Source: a virus
DNA: 64,000 nt
Virus record (IMG/VR): IMGVR_UViG_3300034060_000856
Span: 34,694 to 98,693 of that record
Reading direction: 5' to 3' (one strand)
The notes under the pieces were generated by a model, which saw only the letters and a program-made list of their open reading frames with translations, ran no database searches and was not told where the DNA came from. Below are positions 1 to 10,343 of the stretch, piece by piece. The position numbers and the translations under genes are program-made. Each line of letters begins with the position of its first letter. Position 1 is the first letter of the stretch.

Positions 1-1
1 A

Positions 2-343
2 ATTTTAGAAGAATTTAGTGATGACCAGCCTAAAGAGCTCTCATTAGATGAATGGAGTGATATATGGTATAATTTAAGACGTGAAAATAAAAGTTTTAAC
101 TATCCGGATATGAATGGTGTGTTTAGCTTTGGTAATCTTGATTTTATGTTAAGTGAAGACGGTAAGTCGTTAGAACTTATTGAGTTTTTAAGAAGTCCAC
201 GTAATTGGGGAGACGATTATGAACAAGGTTCTAATGTTCTTGAAAAATATTTTGATAAACTATCAAGTATTGTTAATAATTCTAATTTAGGTTTAAGACT
301 TAAAATGGGTCCTAGATACCATATGAAAATTGTAAAAGTCTAA
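2..343 (+). CDS. hypothetical protein, 5'-truncated by window edge
   Basis: Frame of the 110..343 ORF is open back to the window start. Confidence 0.6.
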   Translation: MLEEFSDDQPKELSLDEWSDIWYNLRRENKSFNYPDMNGVFSFGNLDFMLSEDGKSLELIEFLRSPRNWGDDYEQGSNVLEKYFDKLSSIVNNSNLGLRLKMGPRYHMKIVKV

Positions 344-347
344 ACTT

Positions 348-641
348 ATGAAAAGATTACCCCCAGTTTTTATTAGAAGGTTTAACGGACATAAACTTGA
401 AAAAATTATGCGGAAGGGTGCTATTCACGCATATTTTGATACTACAAATAGAGAACAATTCAAAAAAGAATTGGCGTCATCGGCAGTTGATGGTTTTTTA
501 TATACAATACATAGAATTGAGTCGGAAGAAGAATTAACAAAAGAAGATATGGATACTATTGTTGACTATATTATTGGGATTTATGGTTCTGTAATGGATA
601 TGTATTATAATAATTTGAGAAAAGACTACCCAATGGGTTAA
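348..641 (+). CDS. hypothetical protein (paralogous RR...IYG helical domain)
   Basis: ORF; resembles the C-termini of 2423..2944 and 12572..13378. Confidence 0.6.
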   Translation: MKRLPPVFIRRFNGHKLEKIMRKGAIHAYFDTTNREQFKKELASSAVDGFLYTIHRIESEEELTKEDMDTIVDYIIGIYGSVMDMYYNNLRKDYPMG

Positions 642-713
642 TATCTGTAAAAAAGTTATATCATTAAAATAATTTTTTAAAACTTTGGTATATTTATAAA
701 TAAAATAATAATT

Positions 714-1049
714 ATGGGAAAATTTGTAATTTCAGAAGAAGAAAAAAAAAGAATACTTAATATGCACCAATCACAGTATTCAAAAAATGTGTTAAAAGAG
801 AATGTTAATGTTAGTAAAGGTAGTATGTTAAATAATGGTAAAACCATTTTAAGTATTGGTAAACCAATGATGGCTGGTAACCCACCGTCAACCGCTGTGT
901 TTATTGAAACTGAAAAAGGAAGTGGAGGAAATTTTGTTTGTAAAGCTCACGAAGCAAAAAAGTATTATCTACAACCAAATAGTACTAACCTACCACTAAC
1001 ACCAGAAGAATCTCAAGCATTATACGATACATATTGTAAGGCTGTTTAA
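714..1049 (+). CDS. hypothetical virion-associated protein with shared N-terminal leader
   Basis: MGKFVISEEEKKRIL...LKE; TATTTAT upstream; terminator downstream. Confidence 0.65.
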   Translation: MGKFVISEEEKKRILNMHQSQYSKNVLKENVNVSKGSMLNNGKTILSIGKPMMAGNPPSTAVFIETEKGSGGNFVCKAHEAKKYYLQPNSTNLPLTPEESQALYDTYCKAV

Positions 1050-1068
1050 TTTAAAATCAAAAAATATT

Positions 1069-1097
1069 AAACCCATCTAAATTCTAGGTGGGTTTTT
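1069..1097 (+). terminator. intrinsic terminator
   Basis: aaacccatcta-aattc-taggtgggttttt hairpin plus U-tract. Confidence 0.7.
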
Positions 1098-1119
1098 AAT
1101 TTATACTATATTTATTTAT

Positions 1120-1662
1120 ATGGCAAAATACATCATTTCAAAAAAACAAACGCTACTACTTGAAGCCACAGATTCAAAAAAGGTTGCAAATAAATTACTT
1201 GCTAGTATTTTAAAAAGATATTATCCATATATTATTGGTGTTGAGATTGAAGAAAAAGATTATTATACAACATTGGTCAGTGCGAATATATACGTTGATT
1301 TAAATAAATTTTACCAAACTACAAACACAACACCACCTTTAGAATACCTTGAATATGATTATTTACTAGATTTATTAGAAGACCCAAGTTCGTATTTGAT
1401 GACTTATGTTGATGAAAAATACAAAAAATCTTTTGCTGCAGTATTTAACCACATTCTTGAAGAAAACCTACAAAAAATATATCAAACATTACCGACTCAT
1501 ATTATTAAGACCAAATTTCAAAATATCCCAGATGATTATGAACCATCAACCATATCACCAGAGTTTATACAAAAATGGAAAGAGGAACTTGAACCGGTTG
1601 ATTTAAGAATAGGGAAATTCATACCAACGGTTAACCTTGAAGAATTGAAAACTTTAAAATAA
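1120..1662 (+). CDS. hypothetical protein with leader variant
   Basis: MAKYIISKKQTLLLE; TATTTAT upstream. Confidence 0.6.
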   Translation: MAKYIISKKQTLLLEATDSKKVANKLLASILKRYYPYIIGVEIEEKDYYTTLVSANIYVDLNKFYQTTNTTPPLEYLEYDYLLDLLEDPSSYLMTYVDEKYKKSFAAVFNHILEENLQKIYQTLPTHIIKTKFQNIPDDYEPSTISPEFIQKWKEELEPVDLRIGKFIPTVNLEELKTLK

Positions 1663-1680
1663 CAAGATATTTATTTTATT

Positions 1681-2421
1681 ATGGGAAAAAAATTAATTAT
1701 AACAGAAGAAGAAAAAAGACAAATAAGAAAGTCATATGGTTTAAATGAAAACTTGCCAGAATTAGATGCCTTCCCAATTGCCGGTGGTAGATATAACATT
1801 GGTTACGATAATGATTGGGATGATTTTGGAAATCCTCGTGGTACCGCAAATTCAGATTATTCTAAAAAACCAACTTATGCTGGTGCTGGAGGACATTTAA
1901 AAGGACATATTGGTGTTGATATCTTTGGATCAAAAGGTACACCAATTTTGGCACCTGTTGATGGTAAAGTAAAGTTTGGTGGTAATGGGCTAACTGTTAT
2001 AATTGAGGATCCAGAAACCGGTTATTCACATTGGTTAGGACATTTAGATAGTAGAACTGTTGATGAAGGTGAATTTGTAACTGCTGGTACTAAAGTCGGT
2101 ACATTAGGTGATTCTGGTAATGCTAAAGGAACCGCACCACATTTACATTATAATATTTATAAAACCTCTAGTGGTTTTTATTCAGGAGAAGATCCTTTGG
2201 ACGTACTAAAAGGTGCTATGGATAAAAAAGGTGAAAACTTAAAAGATAAGGATCTTGATTCTATGGGCGAAAAATTTAAAAAAGCATTTAAAAACTTATT
2301 CAGTGATGAAGAAAAAAATGAAAAGGGTGAAATTAGTGCTAAAGATGAAGAAGATTTATGGGATAAAATGAAAAAGGCTGGAAGTACCTTTTTTAATAAA
2401 ATAGGAAATTTTTTTAATTAA
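1681..2421 (+). CDS. M23-family metallopeptidase (peptidoglycan endopeptidase) with N-terminal leader
   Basis: HIGVD (HxxxD), GTPILAPVDGKV, GNAKGTAPHLHY motifs. Confidence 0.9.
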   Translation: MGKKLIITEEEKRQIRKSYGLNENLPELDAFPIAGGRYNIGYDNDWDDFGNPRGTANSDYSKKPTYAGAGGHLKGHIGVDIFGSKGTPILAPVDGKVKFGGNGLTVIIEDPETGYSHWLGHLDSRTVDEGEFVTAGTKVGTLGDSGNAKGTAPHLHYNIYKTSSGFYSGEDPLDVLKGAMDKKGENLKDKDLDSMGEKFKKAFKNLFSDEEKNEKGEISAKDEEDLWDKMKKAGSTFFNKIGNFFN

Positions 2422-2422
2422 A

Positions 2423-2944
2423 ATGAAAAAATATATCCTAACAGAAGAACAAATAACAAAAGCTTTAACAAGTGGTGGAATCAAAAAAGGTATTGGTTTA
2501 AAAATCAATGAGGGTGATTCTTTTTATTATAAATCAGTTATAAAAGAATTTGACAACGAAGATGATTTTGAAGAATGGAAAGATAATCTACCGGAAGATC
2601 AAAAAGTAGTTGGTGTCATTGATATTAAAAATGATACAATTACAGAGTCCATAAAACCGGAAGAATTAAAAAGATTAAGGAGAATCCAGGAGGTTAGAGA
2701 TATTATAGATTTTCAAATGGAGATTCAATACCCTTGTAATTTTGATGATGGTGAAGAATATGCTGATTTTTGTATTGGAGAAGGAATGAGATTTTTCTAT
2801 GGTGATGAAGACTATGAGAGAGAAGACGATATTTTTGCCGATGAAACTGAAGATCATATGAGAGATGAAATTGAAGAAATGATGATTGATGAATATTATA
2901 ACCAACTAGTTGAGTTCTGGGAGGAAGAAAGTAAAGACTGTTAA
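2423..2944 (+). CDS. hypothetical acidic protein with leader
   Basis: MKKYILTEEQ. Confidence 0.6.
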   Translation: MKKYILTEEQITKALTSGGIKKGIGLKINEGDSFYYKSVIKEFDNEDDFEEWKDNLPEDQKVVGVIDIKNDTITESIKPEELKRLRRIQEVRDIIDFQMEIQYPCNFDDGEEYADFCIGEGMRFFYGDEDYEREDDIFADETEDHMRDEIEEMMIDEYYNQLVEFWEEESKDC

Positions 2945-2955
2945 TATTTGTAAAG

Positions 2956-4014
2956 ATGAAAATAATATTAACAGAATCACAATTAAAATTAATCACTGAA
3001 GCATCATTGGCTTATGATGAAGAATTTAAAAAACTTGTAAGGGGGTTTGAAGGTAAGGTTATTGACCCAACAACAAAAAAACACATTACTTATGATGATG
3101 AAACAGGAAAACCAATAACATCGTCAAAACAACTTAAAGGTACTATGACAATTGGTTATGGTACAACAGACGATATTTATCCAGAAATGAGACCTGGTCA
3201 AAAAATTTCAGATTCAGTTGCAAACGAATTACTCAGTAAAGGTATAACAAAAAAAGAAGACGATTTAAGAAGGTTATTACCTAATTTTGATAAATACCCA
3301 AGGTATGTTCGTGCCGCGTTATTAAACGCCAAATATAGAGGTGATTTAGGATCAAAAACAATTGAGTTAATAAATCAACGTAAGTGGGATTCTGTCTCAA
3401 GAGAGTACTTGGATCACTCAAACTATAAAAACCCAGATAAATTTCCTGGTGTTGTTGCTAGGATGAAATCTAATGGTGATGCGTTTGATAGATATGCGAA
3501 AGAATTGAAAAACCCAACCAAACAACAAACAACAACTCAAAATGATTTTACTGACCCAATACTTTTATCTTTAGAGTCAAGACTTAAAATGTCAACATCT
3601 ATGAAGGTTCATAGATTTAAAACAAATAAAGGTTATAGATTAGAAGTAGGGCCGTATCCACCACCAGCTAGAGAAGGACGTTATTTAGTATTTTTTAGGG
3701 ATGGAAGGATTATATGGTATAATGGAAATAATTTTGATAGCTATGTTGGTAGGTGGGGCAGTACAACATTAGTATTTAACCAAGTACAATCTAAAACTGG
3801 TATAACATCATTAAAGGACGCTTTAAATAATCCGGTAAAACATTTTGCAACAACTACAAAAACTGGTGGTGTGTATTACACCGTAAAACAAAATGATACA
3901 TTATCAAAAATTGCCGCAAATTACGATAAATCTGTTACACCACAATCAATAGTCAAATTGAATAATCTAAAGGGCGGAATCATACGACCTGGTCAAAAAT
4001 TAAGAATTAAATAA
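2956..4014 (+). CDS. phage lysozyme-like muramidase with C-terminal LysM domain
   Basis: FEG...YDD...TIGYG lysozyme-type motif; C-terminal YTVKQNDTLSKIA...LNNL...IRPGQKLRI LysM. Confidence 0.85.
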   Translation: MKIILTESQLKLITEASLAYDEEFKKLVRGFEGKVIDPTTKKHITYDDETGKPITSSKQLKGTMTIGYGTTDDIYPEMRPGQKISDSVANELLSKGITKKEDDLRRLLPNFDKYPRYVRAALLNAKYRGDLGSKTIELINQRKWDSVSREYLDHSNYKNPDKFPGVVARMKSNGDAFDRYAKELKNPTKQQTTTQNDFTDPILLSLESRLKMSTSMKVHRFKTNKGYRLEVGPYPPPAREGRYLVFFRDGRIIWYNGNNFDSYVGRWGSTTLVFNQVQSKTGITSLKDALNNPVKHFATTTKTGGVYYTVKQNDTLSKIAANYDKSVTPQSIVKLNNLKGGIIRPGQKLRIK

Positions 4015-4092
4015 AAGTTTTAATTGATTTTTACGAACCAATGTTTAAACATTTGGAATCCAAGTAATATTTATTTGTATAAAATTTAATTT

Positions 4093-4557
4093 ATGAAAAA
4101 AGTAGTAAGACTAACAGAAGCTGATTTGACAAGAATTATTAAACGAGTAATTAGTGAAGCAACAAATGTACAATCACAAGAAAAGATTATGGTGCTTAGG
4201 AATAATGCTAAAGGAGAAGCAAAAATGAGTCCTTGTTGGACAAAAGGTATGTGTCCTAGAGTAGATGCTGGAAAAATTTATAGAAATGAGTGTGAAGTTT
4301 GTGCTGGACCTATAGCTGGTATTTTAATACCAACTGTTGGTGCTATTACTGGGGCAATTATTGGGATCACAAATAGAGCCGAACAACAAAAAAGAAGAGT
4401 TCAAGAGAACGAATGGATAAAAACTAACCCAGAACTTCAAGACAGAACGTTTACATATTTTAAAGATGGTAGTGTACAAGCAATTAAAGATGGATTTGCT
4501 GAAGATGTTATGATATTAGAAAAAGGTGGGACTTGGAAAAAATTAAGTGATTACTAA
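4093..4557 (+). CDS. hypothetical protein with leader and one hydrophobic segment
   Basis: MKKVVRLTEADLTRIIKRVISE. Confidence 0.6.
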   Translation: MKKVVRLTEADLTRIIKRVISEATNVQSQEKIMVLRNNAKGEAKMSPCWTKGMCPRVDAGKIYRNECEVCAGPIAGILIPTVGAITGAIIGITNRAEQQKRRVQENEWIKTNPELQDRTFTYFKDGSVQAIKDGFAEDVMILEKGGTWKKLSDY

Positions 4558-4614
4558 ATAAAGAAAAAGTAATTGGTGTTTGACATAACGACATTTTTGT
4601 TTTATATTTTACAT

Positions 4615-5145
4615 ATGCCAAAAAAACAAAAATATACTTTAGAACAAATCAAAACAAAGACAACAGATAAACTGTTCAAAAAGTTAGAAGTTTTATATGA
4701 ACTATTTAAACGAAATCTAACTTTATATAAAAAATATAAAGCATTAGAAGACCAAGAATACGTTGAAATGTTTATTAGTATGTTTCGTAGTCCTATCTGG
4801 GACGTAACATCAACATCCTTTTTTAAAAGTGGTTTAAAGTCAACTTGTGTACCTGACATCAAATCTAAAGACAATGTTGATGATCATTTTATACAACGTG
4901 TTAAAGCTGCTAAGTTTCTTTTTGAAATTTTTTATGAGAATCCAAAAACAACCTTTGTTTCATTTTTAAATTTTTTAATAAAATACGGATCAACAATAGC
5001 TTTGACAAAAGAAGAACATAATCTTGTTACCAGTACTGCAAAGAAGAACAAAGAACTTATGAACTATCAAATATATGAATCTTGTGGTGTTGAAATACCT
5101 GGACTAAATGAACTTTTACAATCATTAGAAATAGAATCAACTTAA
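4615..5145 (+). CDS. hypothetical protein
   Basis: ORF; ATG at 4615 preferred over the upstream alternative start. Confidence 0.55.
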   Translation: MPKKQKYTLEQIKTKTTDKLFKKLEVLYELFKRNLTLYKKYKALEDQEYVEMFISMFRSPIWDVTSTSFFKSGLKSTCVPDIKSKDNVDDHFIQRVKAAKFLFEIFYENPKTTFVSFLNFLIKYGSTIALTKEEHNLVTSTAKKNKELMNYQIYESCGVEIPGLNELLQSLEIEST

Positions 5146-5183
5146 TTTTTTATTTTATTTGATATTTATAATAAAATATCAAA

Positions 5184-5735
5184 ATGAAAAAAGACATTCT
5201 TTTATCCGAAGACCAATTAAAAAAATTAATATATAAAATAATTAAAGAAGTTCGCGGTGGTTATGACGATTATGATGTTATGGCAACACACGCTGAATCC
5301 TCAATGAAAACAATGATCCATTCTCTCTCGGATCTTACAGCATCCTTATTGAATATGATCCAGTCAGTGGCATTTCTTGATGATCCAATCGGTTCTAAAG
5401 GTTTTTTTGAGTCTGCAAATGAATTTATTTCTTTAGTTGATGATTATAGGGATGTAAACAAAATTGTTTATAGAGACTTTTCTGAAGATGAAGTGATTAA
5501 CGCCGGACGGAAGCTTCTAAAAAAACTTAACACACTCCAAGAAAATTTAAGAAGGATACAAACATTTGGTAGAGAATTTTTTCAATCAAATGATGATTTT
5601 AAAGAAAAATTTAAAAATTACGCCATTGACGTTTTCCAAAGTATTCAAGATTATGACCAAACTCTTGAGAAAACACATAATATGTTTGCCGGAAGATTAT
5701 CTGGAAAGGGACGACAAAAAAACGAAGAATCTTAA
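5184..5735 (+). CDS. hypothetical helical protein with leader
   Basis: MKKDILLSEDQLKKLIYKIIKE. Confidence 0.6.
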   Translation: MKKDILLSEDQLKKLIYKIIKEVRGGYDDYDVMATHAESSMKTMIHSLSDLTASLLNMIQSVAFLDDPIGSKGFFESANEFISLVDDYRDVNKIVYRDFSEDEVINAGRKLLKKLNTLQENLRRIQTFGREFFQSNDDFKEKFKNYAIDVFQSIQDYDQTLEKTHNMFAGRLSGKGRQKNEES

Positions 5736-5737
5736 AG

Positions 5738-5995
5738 ATGAGAAAAATAATAATAACAGAAAATCAACTACAATATGTTGTTGATTCAGTAGGTAAAAAA
5801 AAATCAATACAAGAATCAATTTATGATTCTGAAAAAATGTATTCTAAAGAATATGTTAATTCTGTAACTAGGACAGCACCCAAATACGTCAAAAAAGTAA
5901 TTAAAAATTTACCAGAATATGACTGTCCAAATCGTCCTGGTAAATGTGTTAAAATTCCAGAGATGATTTTTCAATATATAAAAGGTAATTTCTAG
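5738..5995 (+). CDS. hypothetical protein with leader
   Basis: MRKIIITENQL. Confidence 0.6.
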   Translation: MRKIIITENQLQYVVDSVGKKKSIQESIYDSEKMYSKEYVNSVTRTAPKYVKKVIKNLPEYDCPNRPGKCVKIPEMIFQYIKGNF

Positions 5996-6028
5996 GTTAT
6001 TGGTATATTTATATATAAATAATATATT

Positions 6029-6334
6029 ATGAAAACAGTTAGACTAACAGAATCAGATTTAAGAAGAATAATTAATAGAATTTTAAAAGAAGACGAAATT
6101 GATTTAGCGGATGACGTTAAAGCATTTGAAGATCATAGTGACATTCCTGGATGCGATCCATCAAGTCTAGATTTTCAAATGTGTACAACAGAAGCTTTTA
6201 AAAAATTGCCAGCTGAAGAATTTCTTGCTTTATTTACAAAATTATCTAATCAATCTAAAGAACCATTAGAAAACCCAATGGAAAAAATGGGTACTATGGC
6301 AGAATCTAGAAGAAGAAGATACGGAAGAAAATAA
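6029..6334 (+). CDS. hypothetical protein with leader
   Basis: MKTVRLTESDLRRIINRILKE. Confidence 0.6.
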   Translation: MKTVRLTESDLRRIINRILKEDEIDLADDVKAFEDHSDIPGCDPSSLDFQMCTTEAFKKLPAEEFLALFTKLSNQSKEPLENPMEKMGTMAESRRRRYGRK

Positions 6335-6349
6335 AAAAAATTGTTGGTA

Positions 6350-6775
6350 TCAAGCGATACCAACAATTTCTAAATCAAAAATTAACTTTTTTCCTGCTAA
6401 AGGGTGATTTGCATCCAAAACAACAGTTTCTTCTTTAACCTCTAATACGTTAAAATTTACAATACCCATAGGAGTTTCCGTTTGTAAAACGTGACCAACT
6501 TCTACTTCTTGTGGTACTCTATCTTTTGGTACTTCTTGAACCATACCTTCGTTTACATCACCATAAGCATCAGCTGATTCAATCTCAACAGTCTTTTTAT
6601 CACCAACTTGCATTTCTAATAAACCTTGTTCAAATCCACGAATAAGCTGTCCTTGTCCTAACGTTGCAACTAACGGCTCACGGCCTTCTGTCAATGATGA
6701 ATCAAAAATAGACCCATCTTCTAGTCTTCCTGTGTAATTTACAGTCACAGTACTGTTTTCATTAATTTTTGTCAT
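6350..6775 (-). CDS. FKBP-type peptidyl-prolyl cis-trans isomerase (SlyD/SlpA-like, no His tail)
   Basis: VNYTGRLEDGSIFDSS, GQGQLIRGFEQGL, DANHPLAGKKLIF; TAACTTTG host-type promoter upstream. Confidence 0.92.
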   Translation of the reverse strand: MTKINENSTVTVNYTGRLEDGSIFDSSLTEGREPLVATLGQGQLIRGFEQGLLEMQVGDKKTVEIESADAYGDVNEGMVQEVPKDRVPQEVEVGHVLQTETPMGIVNFNVLEVKEETVVLDANHPLAGKKLIFDLEIVGIA

Positions 6776-6826
6776 AACTTTTTTTTATACAAAGTTAGAA
6801 TATTTATTTTAATAAGTCAAATTAAA

Positions 6827-7330
6827 ATGAGAAAAATTATTATCACAGAAAATCAATTAAGATTACTTTTAGAAAATCAAGAATATATTGATTCATTATT
6901 AGATAAAATAAGTACAAAGGGTGTTGAGTCATTAACTCCCAGTGAAAAGAAATATTTAGATGGTCTATCATCACACGAAGGGCATATGGATGATTACGAT
7001 AATCCAAACTATAAAGATGATTATGATGAAAGAAGAGGAGAGAAAATAACCTCATCATTACCAAACTTACCACAAGTACAATTTATTTTTGATTATGAAG
7101 AACGTGAGGGAGACGAAATACTATTATACGGATCCGTATATTTCCAAGGGAATGAATATATTGGTGTTATTATTACAAACAATAACGGAAATTTAATTGA
7201 CTTTGATTTTGAAATTGCAGAACTCAGCTATGATGAATCAGAAGTGACCAATTTACTAGATGATGCAGAAGGTTTAGAACACGAATTAAGTGTATTTTTT
7301 GAAGATGATGTTATTCCGACTTTAATGTAA
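6827..7330 (+). CDS. hypothetical acidic protein with leader
   Basis: MRKIIITENQLRLLLE; IDSLLDKIS.KG.ESLT..EK motif. Confidence 0.6.
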   Translation: MRKIIITENQLRLLLENQEYIDSLLDKISTKGVESLTPSEKKYLDGLSSHEGHMDDYDNPNYKDDYDERRGEKITSSLPNLPQVQFIFDYEEREGDEILLYGSVYFQGNEYIGVIITNNNGNLIDFDFEIAELSYDESEVTNLLDDAEGLEHELSVFFEDDVIPTLM

Positions 7331-7332
7331 CT

Positions 7333-7548
7333 ATGGTAGATTTTTTCAAATATCTTATAATCCAACTAATGAACAAATATGGTTCGTTTATGTGGTTTGG
7401 GACTCACCTATCTATGACACAAATAGAATGGCACTATTTAATTGAAACTTTTTTATGTATTTTTGTTAACTTTTTAATTTTATTTTCATTATATTTGCAA
7501 TACAAAGAAGAAGAAAATGAAAAATTACGAAAAACTAACAATACCTGA
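7333..7548 (+). CDS. small membrane protein
   Basis: ORF with hydrophobic segment. Confidence 0.45.
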   Translation: MVDFFKYLIIQLMNKYGSFMWFGTHLSMTQIEWHYLIETFLCIFVNFLILFSLYLQYKEEENEKLRKTNNT

Positions 7549-8107
7549 AGAATCCGCTTGGAATAGGAAAGGGTTATCTGCACGTATTTGGAGAAACCTA
7601 CATTGGAGAATAAGATACTTTATTGGTGGGTGTAAAAATATAATAAGGTGGATACCAACATTATATAAAGATAAGGATTGGGACGAATGGTATATCTACA
7701 CTATTTTACAAAAGAAAATTGAGTTCCAAAGAAAGGAAATTATCTATGCAAACCGTCATATACAAGTTGATCGTGATAATCGTGATATGACTATTGTTTT
7801 AAATCTCATAGAAAGAGTAAAAGAAGAACATTATGGGTCGGAGTATCTTGATTACTCTGAAAGTAAAATTAGATTTGAGGTAATTGAGGGGGATAGAGAG
7901 CTTTACTCAATGGAGGAAGATGTTATATCAGAAACTTATGATGACTATTTAAAAAAATATCCGTCAAGTGTTCGTAAAGTATTAAAAGAAAAACCTAACC
8001 TTAATAAAAAAGATTTGTGTTATTATGTTGCAAAACATAATGGAGAAAGGGCACACGATCTTTTACATAGAGTATTAAAAGAAAGAATGAAATTGTGGTG
8101 GGACTAA
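7517..8107 (+). CDS. hypothetical phage protein
   Basis: ORF with W-rich motifs (RWIPTLYKDKDWD; C-terminal WWD). Confidence 0.6.
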   Translation: MKNYEKLTIPEESAWNRKGLSARIWRNLHWRIRYFIGGCKNIIRWIPTLYKDKDWDEWYIYTILQKKIEFQRKEIIYANRHIQVDRDNRDMTIVLNLIERVKEEHYGSEYLDYSESKIRFEVIEGDRELYSMEEDVISETYDDYLKKYPSSVRKVLKEKPNLNKKDLCYYVAKHNGERAHDLLHRVLKERMKLWWD

Positions 8108-8251
8108 ATGTGTACAAAGTAAAAAATAAAGAAACTTATAACCAGTTAAATTCGTTATTAGTTGGTTGGTGTTTTTTTAGACACGAAGATGGTGAATACT
8201 TTATTAAAGCACCACTTAATAAGACAATTAAAAATTTAATAGAAATGGGTT

Positions 8252-8569
8252 CTATTTTTGAGTTAAGTCAAAAGACGACTGAATAATAATATCTTTTTTA
8301 TCCCCAACAACACTCCAAGCTCTTTGTACTAACATCTCTAACCCAATAGGGTAAACTTCGTCTAATTTTGTTGGGTCATCAACAAATAATGTAATATTTA
8401 TTAGGTGTGATTTTTTACTCCTTACATATGTTATGTTACTTATTTTCACATAACTACTTTCACCAAAAAGTTGAGTCAAATTTTTACATAATTGTTTGTC
8501 AAAAAATAGTTGTAGATATTTCTTTCTATTCATATAATAAATTATAACCAGCAAATGTTCATTTGACAA
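8252..8569 (-). CDS. hypothetical protein
   Basis: ORF; true start probably MNRKK. Confidence 0.5.
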   Translation of the reverse strand: MSNEHLLVIIYYMNRKKYLQLFFDKQLCKNLTQLFGESSYVKISNITYVRSKKSHLINITLFVDDPTKLDEVYPIGLEMLVQRAWSVVGDKKDIIIQSSFDLTQK

Positions 8570-8612
8570 GTTAAATTGTGTGTAATCATTAAAACTTTAA
8601 TATTTATTGTAT

Positions 8613-9206
8613 ATGAAATTTATACTTTTAATATTATTCTGTTTTAAAATTATTATAAGTATTGGACAATGTAATGGTGTACAATCTTTTACATTAAATC
8701 CGGCTCCAGTTAATAATACTTATAACCCAGGACAAGTGGTAACTATGTGTTATACAATGAATGGATATACTCAAGCTGGAACAAACTGGATTGAAGGATT
8801 TGATCTAACATTAGGACCGGGTTGGGGTTCAGTTACACCACAATCAGCTCCGGCAAACTGTGGTGGTAATGCAACTGGGGGTCAATGGGTTTGGAAGACT
8901 TCCGTAACCTCAACAACAACGCCAATTGTAACGGTTGGTCCTGGTTATTTCTTTGATTTAACCGTTGATGGTAACCCAGGTAATGATTTTGGTGATGCCG
9001 GATCCTGTGTTTGGACATTCTGTGTCACTTTAACTGTTACAAACGTATGTACACCACAAAATTTACTAATACAAGTAACTCCTGGATCAGATGGAATGTG
9101 GGGGAGTTACACAAGCACAACTTGTGACGTTGCAACACCTTTTGCCGTATTTAACGGAATAATAAACATAACCCTACCAACAGTAGGACCAATAAACCAT
9201 AATTAA
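8613..9206 (+). CDS. secreted beta-rich Cys-containing protein ending PINHN
   Basis: Sec signal peptide (MKFILLILFCF...SIGQ); T/G/C-rich. Confidence 0.7.
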   Translation: MKFILLILFCFKIIISIGQCNGVQSFTLNPAPVNNTYNPGQVVTMCYTMNGYTQAGTNWIEGFDLTLGPGWGSVTPQSAPANCGGNATGGQWVWKTSVTSTTTPIVTVGPGYFFDLTVDGNPGNDFGDAGSCVWTFCVTLTVTNVCTPQNLLIQVTPGSDGMWGSYTSTTCDVATPFAVFNGIINITLPTVGPINHN

Positions 9207-9209
9207 TTT

Positions 9210-9773
9210 ATGAAAAAACTATTATTTTCTCTTATGATGTTGATAACCGGAGTGGTATCAGCTCAATCAACAGTAAACCCAGACACAGTTTGCTACCAAA
9301 CTAACGGATCAACCTATACTGTACCCTCTTTAGGTGTTGGTTATACCTACACTTGGACAGTTTTAGCACCTGGAACACTAACATCCGGACAAGGTACTAA
9401 CTCAATCAACGTAAACTGGTCTGCTGCAGCGTCCGGATTGATAAATAACGCCATCTCTGTCGTTGCGACAAGCCCAAGTGGGTGTCAAAGTACCCCAGTT
9501 ACATTAAACGTGTTTATATTGCAAGTAATACCTACCATTACAGCTATTGGACCTTACTGTTCAACAGACCCTTGTGTCAATTTAGTAGGTGCTCCAGCAG
9601 GTGGTACTTGGTCTGGTACTGGTGTTAGTGGTAATCAGTTCTGTCCTAACCTTGCAAGTAGTGGTTCTAACACTGTAACTTATACTGTAACACAAGGCGG
9701 ATGTACGTTTTCAACAACAAGTACTGTAATTGTTAACGCTCAACCAGTATTATCGCCGATACAACACAATTAA
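9210..9773 (+). CDS. secreted PKD/Ig-like repeat protein ending PIQHN
   Basis: Signal peptide ending SAQ; YTWTV...GQGTNSINVNW and GGTWSGTGVSG motifs typical of Bacteroidota adhesin repeats. Confidence 0.75.
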   Translation: MKKLLFSLMMLITGVVSAQSTVNPDTVCYQTNGSTYTVPSLGVGYTYTWTVLAPGTLTSGQGTNSINVNWSAAASGLINNAISVVATSPSGCQSTPVTLNVFILQVIPTITAIGPYCSTDPCVNLVGAPAGGTWSGTGVSGNQFCPNLASSGSNTVTYTVTQGGCTFSTTSTVIVNAQPVLSPIQHN

Positions 9774-10342
9774 TGAGGTATATTTTACTAATATTATTCA
9801 TTTTTTACGGGTTTTTATCCTTCACACAACAATTTATTGAGATATGTGAAGGATATACACCCACTTATACCTATTTTTCAACAACAAATGACCCTGGAAA
9901 CAACGAATGGACGGTAAATGGACAGTATTTTTACACAGAAGAGCTAGAAATTACGTGGAATACACCCGGAAATTATCAAATTAACGTAATTAGGTATTCA
10001 GATGGCTGTCCATCGCCAGAAATGACCTATAATGTAGCCGTAACACAATGTCCAGAGCTCATTTATTGGATACCAAACACATTTACACCTAACCAAGATG
10101 AGTTTAATACCCTTTGGGGGCCTGTTTTTACCTCTGGATATGATGTTGATGGGTTTAAATTACTTGTTTTTAACCGTTGGGGTAACATTGTATGGGAATC
10201 TAACGACCCAAATGGCCGTTGGGACGGTACATATGACAATAAAATGTGTTTAGATGGTGTTTATACGTGGAAAATTAATTTTGGGGTAAAAAATACGGAC
10301 GAAAGGAAAGAAATACACGGTTTTGTGACTATAATTAGGTAA
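9773..10342 (+). CDS. secreted protein with gliding-motility-associated (T9SS type B, CHU_C-like) C-terminal domain
   Basis: IPNTFTPNQDEFN...VFNRWGNIVWES...WDGT...DGVYTWKI...GFVTIIR. Confidence 0.88.
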   Translation: MRYILLILFIFYGFLSFTQQFIEICEGYTPTYTYFSTTNDPGNNEWTVNGQYFYTEELEITWNTPGNYQINVIRYSDGCPSPEMTYNVAVTQCPELIYWIPNTFTPNQDEFNTLWGPVFTSGYDVDGFKLLVFNRWGNIVWESNDPNGRWDGTYDNKMCLDGVYTWKINFGVKNTDERKEIHGFVTIIR

Positions 10343-10343
10343 T

